Positions 20,787 through 29,000 of a stretch of 64,000 nucleotides of DNA are shown piece by piece. The translations under genes and the position numbers were made by a program. The stretch is from contig CAWJPB010000005.1 of assembly GCA_963844665.1 (NCBI GenBank), forward strand, positions 717,703 through 781,702, read 5' to 3'. The DNA is from an uncultured Conexibacteraceae bacterium (GTDB lineage Bacteria; Actinomycetota; Thermoleophilia; Solirubrobacterales; Solirubrobacteraceae). How positions within the stretch are numbered: the first letter of the stretch is position 1; each line of letters begins with the position of its first letter. The notes under the pieces were generated by a model. That model was not told the DNA's origin. It did not search any database and worked only from the letters and a program-made list of their open reading frames with translations.

Positions 20787-20957
20787 ATGACCAACGGCGG
20801 CTCTTCGATCCCGGAGGTGCAGTGATTGCTGGCCGCGATTGTCGCCTCCAAGGCCTCCGGCCGGATCGCGGAGATTGGGACCGAGTTCGGCGAGGGTGCG
20901 ATGGCGATCCTCGCTGCCATGGCCCCTGCGGGCAGCTTCGTAACTCGACGCCACTGA
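20787..20957 (+). pseudogene. Relic of a class I SAM-dependent (O-)methyltransferase N-terminus
   Basis: MTNGGSSIPEVQ*LLAAIVASKASGRIAEIGTEFGEG; in-frame TGA at 20823-20825; truncated after about 56 codons. Confidence 0.6.
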
Positions 20958-20967
20958 TCTCCACGGC

Positions 20968-21513
20968 ATGTCCTGTCACGTTGCCTTCATCCGCGCCGTC
21001 ATGCTCGGCCGTGGAGGTGTCGACCGTGAGGCGCTGATCGACGCCTTCATGCGCGCCGGAGCGATCTCAGCTCGCTCCCACATTGCGACAGGGAACGTGA
21101 CCTTCGACGCGTCGAGCGAGTCGGCTGAGGCGATCACCGCGGCCGTTGAGGCGGATCTGGTCTCGATGGCCGGTACGCCCAAGAAGCTCTTTGTGCGCTC
21201 CGCACCGGAGCTGCGCGCGCTCGCGCGCGCAGCTCCGTTCGCAACCTGGGCACACGCATCCGCTGCCCACGAGCTGGCAGTGATCTTCCTAGCCGACCCG
21301 ACAGAACTCCCCTTCGCCCTCCCATCGCTATCTGAGCGAGGGGATACGACCTACCTCTCGCGCACTGAGCGCGAGATCTTCATCGGGACTCACCTCGTCG
21401 GGGGGCGCGCCGGCAATCCGGGAGCCTGGCTCGAGCGCAGACTGAGGGCGCCGGTCACCGTCCGCAATTGGAACACGGTCATGCGCATCCTCAGGTACTG
21501 GGAGACGTGCTGA
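20968..21513 (+). CDS. DUF1697 family protein
   Basis: VAFIRAVMLG, HIATGNV, C-terminal TVRNWNTV. Confidence 0.82.
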   Translation: MSCHVAFIRAVMLGRGGVDREALIDAFMRAGAISARSHIATGNVTFDASSESAEAITAAVEADLVSMAGTPKKLFVRSAPELRALARAAPFATWAHASAAHELAVIFLADPTELPFALPSLSERGDTTYLSRTEREIFIGTHLVGGRAGNPGAWLERRLRAPVTVRNWNTVMRILRYWETC

Positions 21514-21562
21514 GGTCTCGTCCCCGACGGGTCGTTTCCCCACCGCCTGCGATCCCCGCTCG

Positions 21563-21608
21563 TTCTTGGGACGCAAATGTCGTAATAGCGACATTTGCGT
21601 CCCAAGAA
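21563..21608. repeat. Perfect 20-bp palindrome (REP-like)
   Basis: TTCTTGGGACGCAAATGTCG-TAATAG-CGACATTTGCGTCCCAAGAA. Confidence 0.9.
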
Positions 21609-21659
21609 TCGGGTTTGGCGCACACATCGTCCAAGTGCGCACGTAGCCTTGACTGCCCC

Positions 21660-22352
21660 ATGCGCCTGATCGTCGCCCGCTGCTCCGCCGTCTACTCCGG
21701 CCGATTGGACACCGTTCTCCCCGACGCGCTGCGGCTGATCATGATCAAGGCCGACGGCAGTGTGCTGCTGCACGCCGATGCAGGGGGTTACAAGCCCCTG
21801 AACTGGATGACGCCACCCACCGTGATCGAGGAGCACGGTGATCCGGCCTCGCGGATCGTCGTCCGCAAGCACGCAGGCAGGACAGAGGACCGGCTCGAGA
21901 TCACGCTGCATGAGCTGCTCTCTGACGTCGAGCACGACATGGGCGCGCCGGACGAGGCCGCAGGTCTGGCGAAGGACGGTGTCGAGGCGCACCTGCAGGA
22001 GCTGCTCGCCGAACAGCCACAGTGGTGCGGCGAGGGGTTGCGACTGGTGAGACGGGAGTGGCCGACGGACATCGGGCCAGTCGACCTCATGTGCCGCGAT
22101 CTCGACGACGAATGGGTGGCGGTTGAGATCAAGCGCGTCGCCACGATCGAGTCGGTAGAGCAGATCACCCGCTACCTCGAGCGCCTACACACCGACCCGC
22201 AGTTCGAGGGCTGCCGTGGCGTTCTGGCGGCGCAGACGATCAAACCTCAGGCACGTGTGCTGGCGCAGTCGCGCGGGATCGCCTGCGTCGAGGTCGACCT
22301 CGCGCTTCTGCGTGGCGAACGCCAGCCGGAACTGCGATTGTTCCTCACATGA
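21660..22352 (+). CDS. nucS: Mismatch-specific endonuclease NucS/EndoMS
   Basis: MRLIVARCSAVYSGRL, KPLNWM, REWPTDIGPVD, VEIKR, EQITRY. Confidence 0.93.
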   Translation: MRLIVARCSAVYSGRLDTVLPDALRLIMIKADGSVLLHADAGGYKPLNWMTPPTVIEEHGDPASRIVVRKHAGRTEDRLEITLHELLSDVEHDMGAPDEAAGLAKDGVEAHLQELLAEQPQWCGEGLRLVRREWPTDIGPVDLMCRDLDDEWVAVEIKRVATIESVEQITRYLERLHTDPQFEGCRGVLAAQTIKPQARVLAQSRGIACVEVDLALLRGERQPELRLFLT

Positions 22353-23140
22353 ACGACTTGACACCGGAGCACGCCGATCAGCCGGCAGTCATGACCGAGC
22401 GCCGCGAGCAGGTGCTGGTCGTGACCATCAACCGTCCAAGCCAGCGCAACGCCGTCAATGGCGGGGTCGCGACCGGGATCGCGCGGGCGCTCGATCAGCT
22501 TGACGCCGATCCGACGCTCGCGGTAGGGATCGTCACCGGCGCGGGCGGCTACTTCTGCGCGGGGATGGATCTCAAGGCTTTTGCAGCGGGCGAGCTGCCG
22601 TGGGTCGAGGGACGCGGTTTCGCCGGGATCGTTGAACGCGGCTCGGTCAAGCCACTGATCGCAGCAATCGAGGGGTTCGCCGTGGCCGGCGGGCTCGAGA
22701 TTGCGCTCGCGTGCGACCTGATCGTGGCGGCGGACGGCGCCAAGCTCGGGATCCCTGAGGTCAAGCGCTCGCTGGTGGCCGCGGGCGGGGGCCTGCTACG
22801 ACTGCCAGGGATGATCCCGCGCAATGTCGCCAACGAGTTGGCGTTCACGGGCGACCCGATAACGGCCCAGCGCGGCCACGAACTCGGACTCGTAAACCGC
22901 ATAAGTCCGCCCGGCGCGGCGCTCGAGACCGCGCTGGAGCTGGCCGCGGCGATCGCTGCCAACGGCCCGCTCGCTTTAGCCGGGAGCAAGCGCATCCTTC
23001 AGGAGTCCGGCGACTGGCCCGAGTCTGAAGCGTTCGAGCGCCAGCGCGCGATCTGGGAGCCGATCTTCGCCTCAGAGGACGCACGCGAGGGGGCTGCCGC
23101 CTTCGCTGAGAAGCGCCCACCGATCTGGCAGGGTCGGTAG
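22349..23140 (+). CDS. Enoyl-CoA hydratase / crotonase
   Basis: FCAGMDLK, AGGLEIALACD, GIPEVKR. Confidence 0.92.
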   Translation: MNDLTPEHADQPAVMTERREQVLVVTINRPSQRNAVNGGVATGIARALDQLDADPTLAVGIVTGAGGYFCAGMDLKAFAAGELPWVEGRGFAGIVERGSVKPLIAAIEGFAVAGGLEIALACDLIVAADGAKLGIPEVKRSLVAAGGGLLRLPGMIPRNVANELAFTGDPITAQRGHELGLVNRISPPGAALETALELAAAIAANGPLALAGSKRILQESGDWPESEAFERQRAIWEPIFASEDAREGAAAFAEKRPPIWQGR

Positions 23141-23150
23141 ACGATTTCTG

Positions 23151-23181
23151 CCGGCCGCGGTCCAGCGGGACCGGCGGCCGG
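23151..23181. terminator. Hairpin between convergent genes
   Basis: CCGGCCGC-GGTCC/GGACC-G-GCGGCCGG stem with 4-nt loop. Confidence 0.5.
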
Positions 23182-23195
23182 GCTGTGGCGCTCTC

Positions 23196-23621
23196 TTAGG
23201 CTTCGCCCCAGGCGGTCGCGACGACTGACCGCGGGCCACCGTGATCGCGGTGCTCGCACAGGTAGATCCCCTGCCATGTCCCGAGCGCCGGTCGCCCGCC
23301 GGACAACGGGAGCGTCAGCGTCGGGCCCAGCAACGACGCTTTGATGTGAGCCGGCATGTCATCGGCGCCCTCCAGTGTGTGCGTCCAGAGTGACGCCCGC
23401 TCGGGTACAGCCTCGTTGAACCACGACTCGAAGTCCCGACGAACGTCGGGAGAGGCGTTCTCGTTCAAGGTCAACGATGCCGAGGTGTGCTGGATCAGCA
23501 GGTGCAGGATCCCGACGCGGATCTGATCGATCCCCGTGATCCCATCCAGAAGCTCGCGCGTCACGAGGTGGAAACCTCGCGGCCAGGGCGCGAGCGTGAT
23601 CCGACCCTGTACCCAGACCAT
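23196..23621 (-). CDS. yjbQ: YjbQ/UPF0047 family (secondary thiamine-phosphate synthase)
   Basis: HTSASLTLNEN, EGADDMPAHIK, LGTWQGIYLCEHR. Confidence 0.9.
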   Translation of the reverse strand: MVWVQGRITLAPWPRGFHLVTRELLDGITGIDQIRVGILHLLIQHTSASLTLNENASPDVRRDFESWFNEAVPERASLWTHTLEGADDMPAHIKASLLGPTLTLPLSGGRPALGTWQGIYLCEHRDHGGPRSVVATAWGEA

Positions 23622-23721
23622 GCCCGGAGCATATGGGCCGCGCCAGCAGCCGCGCCCCAGCCGGGCATTGCTAATCTCGCACGGTCGGATCCCGCCCTCA
23701 GCCGGGAAGCGGCGACCGGCC

Positions 23722-24795
23722 ATGACTGTTCCGGAACGACGATCCCGACGGCGGCAGCTTGCCGCCGCCCCAGTAGCCGCAATCTGCGCGATCCTGGTAC
23801 TCGCGGGTAGCGCCGTGGGCAGCGGAATCTCGCAGCTCCAGAACAGACTGGGTGCCACGCAGTCGCAGCTCAGCAACAACAGGCAGCTCGAGCAGACGCT
23901 CGCCAAGAAGCTCGCAACTCTGAACCGGCGTGCGACGAACCTGTCGAGTCAGATCGCACTGGTCGAGTCCCGCGAGGCTGCTGAGCAGGCACAGCTCGCC
24001 ACAGACCGCCAGAAAGCTGCCGCTGCCAAGGCCGCGATCGTGCGCGAGCGCCGCCATCTGGCCCGCTTGCGCGTGGTCCTGGGGCATTCGCAATCTGCAC
24101 TGGCGGCTGTGCTGGTGAGCGAGTATGAGCAGCCACAGCAATCGGTGATCTCGCTGATCGTCGACTCCCGGAGCTTCCAGCAGTTGCTCGACAGTGTCGA
24201 GTACGTCTCGAGTGTCAAGCGCCACGAGGAGTCGGTCATCTACGCGACCCAGACGGCCAAGGCCGGAGCCGAGGCGACAGCCAGGCGATTGACCGTCCTT
24301 CACCGCAGTGACGCTGCAGACGTCCAGGCCGCATCACGGCAGACCAACGCCCTGACCGGAATGAATGCCCTGCTGAACTCGCGCAGGTCGGCACTCGCCG
24401 ACGAGCGGTCGGCCCAGAGCGCCGCGCTGGCCGCGAGCAAGACAAAGGGCTCGAGGCTATTGGTGGCGATCTCCACGATCCAGAAGGAGGAGGCCGCGGC
24501 CCAGGAGGCCGCCCGCCAGATCAGCTACGGGGCCGGCCTGCCGCTGTCCGCAGGCTGGGCGATTCCCTTCCAGATCGTGCTCTGCGAGTCGGGGGGCCAG
24601 GATCTGCCTCCCAACTCAGCGGGTGCTTCTGGTTACTACCAGATCATCCCCAGCACCTGGCGCGGGTTTGGCGGCAGGGGTCCGGCCGCCTATCTGGCGC
24701 CCAAGGCTGAGCAGGACGCAGTCGCGACCAGGATCTGGAATCACGGCGCCGGCGCGCACAACTGGGTCTGCGCCGGGATTGTCGGCATCACCTGA
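23722..24795 (+). CDS. Secreted coiled-coil protein with C-terminal Rpf-like transglycosylase domain
   Basis: Signal/TM, long heptad region, IVLCESGG...SGYYQIIPSTW...EQDAVA...W.C. Confidence 0.8.
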   Translation: MTVPERRSRRRQLAAAPVAAICAILVLAGSAVGSGISQLQNRLGATQSQLSNNRQLEQTLAKKLATLNRRATNLSSQIALVESREAAEQAQLATDRQKAAAAKAAIVRERRHLARLRVVLGHSQSALAAVLVSEYEQPQQSVISLIVDSRSFQQLLDSVEYVSSVKRHEESVIYATQTAKAGAEATARRLTVLHRSDAADVQAASRQTNALTGMNALLNSRRSALADERSAQSAALAASKTKGSRLLVAISTIQKEEAAAQEAARQISYGAGLPLSAGWAIPFQIVLCESGGQDLPPNSAGASGYYQIIPSTWRGFGGRGPAAYLAPKAEQDAVATRIWNHGAGAHNWVCAGIVGIT

Positions 24796-24824
24796 TCCCA
24801 ACAGATTCTTTCTAATCTAAGTGC

Positions 24825-25898
24825 ATGGCACTCAGATTCGGAGACGTTCTGTTGATCAAGCGCCGGGCGACCGCCTGCGCGGCCCTGATCGCATTCGCGG
24901 TCGTCTCCGCTCACGCGCTTGCGGCCTCGACGAGCGCCTCGGCCGCAGCGAGCAGCTCCGGTCCATTGGCGCTGAGGACCGGGATTCCGCTGACCAATCT
25001 GGCCTGCCCATCCGCGACCCAGTGCACCGCGACGACCGGTGCGCAGGAGATCACGTTCACGCTCTCGGCCAATGGCAGGGCGGTGACCCACAGGTGGGCA
25101 CGCGCACCGTTCGTCGGACGCGGCGTGCAGATCAACAGCATCTGGTGCCCGCTGACCACGCTGTGCACCACGATTCAGAGCCAGTCGGCGACCAACTTCA
25201 GTCCGCGTCGGTTCCGGCTGGGCACCAGCAGGGTGATTGGGCCGGATTACGGCGAGGGACTCGTGAGTGTCCGTTGTCCGTCACGCAGTGAGTGCGTCGC
25301 GATCGACAGCTTCGGCCACGGCGTCACCTACAACCCAGAGAGTGGCAGGACACTGCGCAAGAGCATCCGGATCAACGGCAACGAGCGGCTGACAGCTCTG
25401 GCTTGCCCGTCGATCTCGCAATGCACGGCGCTTGATGATGACGGCGCGCAGATCAGCTTCAACCCGGCGACCGGCCGGATCAGTTCCACCGCGAAGATCG
25501 ATCCGGTGGTGGGGCTCGACGATCTCGAACAGGGCGACGGTTACGACTTGGACGCCGTCTCCTGCCCGACCACTCGCAGCTGTGTCGCGGTCGACACGCT
25601 CGGCGGTGTCATCACATTCAACCCGCTGAGTTCGGCCCGCAGTGCCACCAGGATCAGCTTCGCAGGGCCATGGAACTCGATCAGCTGCAGGCGCACCGGG
25701 CAGTGCGTGGCGGTCGGCAACAACGGCGCCGTCCTGATCGGCTCAGCCGGGGTGATGACGGCGTCGTCCGGCCCGTGGGGGACAACGACACTGGCGGGCG
25801 CGGCCAACCTCAACGCCGTCGCGTGCCCGACCGCGACCGAGTGCGTCGCGGTCGACTCGGCCGGTCACGCGTTCACCCTGAATCCGGCCACGTTCTGA
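24825..25898 (+). CDS. Secreted protein with seven C-P-x4-C repeats (probable beta-propeller)
   Basis: Signal peptide; LACPSATQC, IWCPLTTLC, VRCPSRSEC, LACPSISQC, VSCPTTRSC, ISCRRTGQC, VACPTATEC. Confidence 0.75.
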   Translation: MALRFGDVLLIKRRATACAALIAFAVVSAHALAASTSASAAASSSGPLALRTGIPLTNLACPSATQCTATTGAQEITFTLSANGRAVTHRWARAPFVGRGVQINSIWCPLTTLCTTIQSQSATNFSPRRFRLGTSRVIGPDYGEGLVSVRCPSRSECVAIDSFGHGVTYNPESGRTLRKSIRINGNERLTALACPSISQCTALDDDGAQISFNPATGRISSTAKIDPVVGLDDLEQGDGYDLDAVSCPTTRSCVAVDTLGGVITFNPLSSARSATRISFAGPWNSISCRRTGQCVAVGNNGAVLIGSAGVMTASSGPWGTTTLAGAANLNAVACPTATECVAVDSAGHAFTLNPATF

Positions 25899-25943
25899 CG
25901 CTCGCGACCTGCTCGAGACCCCTCCCTTGCCCGACAGTCTGCT

Positions 25944-26052
25944 CCGGGCGTGGCCGACGGATGCGGGGCGGGTCAGCGGTCGCTTCAGCGGTCGCCGGGC
26001 GTGGCCGACGGACGCGGGGCCGGGTCAGCGGTCGCCGGGCGTAGCCGACGGA
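25944..26052. repeat. About 40-bp tandem duplication of the kgd 3' end
   Basis: CCGGGCGTRGCCGACGGA at 25944, 25995 and 26035; TCAGCGGTCGC at 25973, 25985 and 26025. Confidence 0.85.
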
Positions 26053-29000
26053 TACTGAGAGATCGACTGCGCGAGGTCGAGCGCCGTCGTGACGATCCGG
26101 TTCTGTTCGCGCGAATGCGCCGCCGGATAACCCTCGCCCGAGGCCGCGCGCTCCGGCCTTCCGACGTAGCCGAACTCCAGATGCTCCGGGAGAATCTGCT
26201 GGAGCCGCGGTGACATGTGCGCGCGGGCGCCCATGTTGCGCGGTTCCTCCTGCACCCAGATGACCTCACGCAGGTTCGGATAGCTGCGAACCAGGGCGAG
26301 GATCTCCTCCTCCGGGAATGGATACAGCAGCTCGACCCGGCCGATTGCGACGCCGGAGGTCTCGGCCCGCCGCGCGTTGCCGATGATGTCGTAGTAGACC
26401 TTGCCGCTGCACAGCAGTAGGCGGGTCACCTGATCCGGGTCAACGCCGCCCTCGGCAAGCACGGGCTGGAAGCGGCCACTGGAAAGATCCTCGACGTGAG
26501 AGGCGGCCGCCGGCAGGCGCAGCAGGCTCTTGGGGGTCATCACCACGAGCGGGCGCTGCTGAGCGATCCGCGCCTGGCGACGGAGCAGATGGAAGTACTG
26601 GGCAGGCGTGGTCAGATTGGCGACACGGATGTTGCCCTCCGCGGCCAACTGCAGGAAGCGTTCCAGTCGCGCCGAGGAGTGCTCCGGGCCGGCACCCTCA
26701 TACCCGTGGGGCAGCAGCAGCGTCAGCCGGGAGGTGACCCCCCACTTCGCCAGGCCTGGAGTGATGAACTGGTCGATCATCACCTGAGCGCCATTGGCGA
26801 AGTCGCCGAACTGAGCCTCCCACATCACGAGCGTTTCCGGCGCTTCCTGCGAGTAGCCGTACTCGAAGCCGACGCAGGCGATCTCTGAAAGCGGACTGTT
26901 GTGCAGCTCCATCGTCGCCAGCGCGCCGGGCAGGTGCTGGATCGCGCTGTGCTCGCGACCGGTCTTGGAGTCGTGCAGCACCAGGTGACGCTGGCTGAAG
27001 GTGCCGCGTTCTGTGTCCTGGCCTGTCAGCCTCAGGGGAATTCCCTCCCCGAGCAGCGTCGCGAAGGCAAGCGCCTCCGCGTGTGCCCAGTTGATGCCGG
27101 CGTGCTCCGGCCCGAACGCCTTACGGCGCTCCGCGAGCTGGCGCGCGAGCTTCGTGTTCACCTGGAAGTCCTCAGGCACCGCGAGCAGTTCCTCGTTGAG
27201 GATCTCGAGCTTGTCGGCATCAACGGCGGTGGAGACCTCCTGTGCGATCAGATCTCCGAGCTTGTACTCGCCCGTAGCGCCGTCGACCGGGTGCTCCTTG
27301 ACGTCGGCCAAGCGCTCCTTGAGACGCTCGTGATGCTCGGTCAGGACCGCCCACGCAGCATCAGTCATCGCCTTGGAGTCGGCCTCGGTGATCACGCCGG
27401 CCGAGATCATCTCTCCCGCGAACAGCTCTCGCACCGGCTCGTGCTGCTTGACGACCTCATACATCTCCGGCTGGGTGTAGGCCGGCTCGTCACCTTCGTT
27501 ATGGCCGTGGCGCCGATAGCCGATCAGGTCGATCATCACGTCGTGGCCGAACTCGCGGCGGAACGCGAACGCCAGCCGCACGGCCGTCATACAGGCGGGG
27601 ACGTCGTCGGCGTTGACATGAATGATCGGAACGTCAAAGCCCTTCGCCATGTCCGAGGCATAGGTCGTCGAGCGCGAGTCCTCCGGATCGGTGGTGAAGC
27701 CGACCTGGTTGTTCTGGATGATGTGGATCGTTCCGCCAACCGTGTAGCCGTCGAGCGCCTGCAGGTTCAAAGTCTCCGCAACGACACCCTGCCCCGGGAA
27801 CGAGGCGTCGCCGTGCAGAACCACCGGCACGGCAGCGTTGGTGTCCTGGCTGGCGTGCGCACCCTGACGGTTCGTCTGGGCGGCCCGAGTCGCGCCCGAA
27901 ACGACCGGCGCAACGAATTCGAGGTGGCTGGGGTTGGACTCGAGGCGCACGATCAATGACTCACCGTCGGGCAGCTGATAGGTGCCAGATGCGCCGTGGT
28001 GGTACTTGACATCGCCAGTGCCGCCATCGGGGATCGTCGTGATCGCGTCGAGCGTCTTGGCACCCTCGAACTCGGCGAACAGTGACTCGTAGGAGCGGCC
28101 AAGATTGTGAGCCAGCACGTTGACACGGCCACGATGGGCCATGCCGACGACAACCTCGCGGGCGCCATGCTGCCCCGACAGCTTGACGATCTCATCGATC
28201 ATCGGAACGGTCATGTCCAGGCCCTCGACCGAGAACCGCTTGGCGCCGAGGTATGCCCGCGCCATGAAGCGCTCGAACGCATCCACGTCGGTCAGCCGGC
28301 CCAGCAGCGCCTTCTGCTCGTCGGCCGTGAGCGGCTGTCGATAGGTCCCGGATTCGATCGCTTCCCGCAACCACAGCCGTTGGCGATGGGACGCGATGTG
28401 TTCGATCTCATAGGCAATCGGCCCGCAGTAGATCTCACGCAGATGCGGCAGCGCCTGCTCGAGCGTGTCGCCTGGCACGTACATCCGCAGAATCCGAGCC
28501 GGGATCTGCGCCATCAACTGCGGGGTCAGGCCAACGGTGGCGGGATCCAGCGCAGGGTCACCCTCTGGAACACGCCCGAGCGGCTCGAGCCGTGCGGCCA
28601 GGTGCCCGTGCATTCGATACGCCTTGAGCACCGAGGTCGCGGCCTGTACCGCTTGCAGCAACTCCTCGCTCGGCGCGGTTGTCGGCGTCGTCCGAGCGGG
28701 CGCCACCGATCCTGCGTCGGCCTGCGAGACGGTCGCGGCAGCAGCGCCGGGCGCCGGCTTGGCGGGCAGCGCCGGCAGGCTCGCCCCAAGCGCACTGAAC
28801 ACGGCCTCATAGAAACCACGCTCGCCCTGCAGGTACTCCTCGATCGCCTTCAGGAAACGACCGGATTCGGCGCCCTGGATGATGCGGTGGTCGTACGTCG
28901 AGGTCATCGACATGACCTTCTCGACCCCGAGCTGCGCACCGACCGCCTCCAGCCCAACGGGATAGGCGATCGAGCCAGTCGCGACGATCGTGCCTTGGCC

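Noticed and set aside
20823-20825. TGA as selenocysteine or readthrough
   Set aside because: The position fits Arg (CGA to TGA), no SECIS-like hairpin was recognised, and the ORF is truncated anyway
23196-23621. yjbQ linked to the TPP-regulated transporter
   Set aside because: 18 kb away, no THI-box upstream, and YjbQ thiamine synthase activity is only a side activity
25944-26052. Prophage or ICE attachment site with element present
   Set aside because: No integrase or foreign genes between the copies; only a tandem duplication is visible
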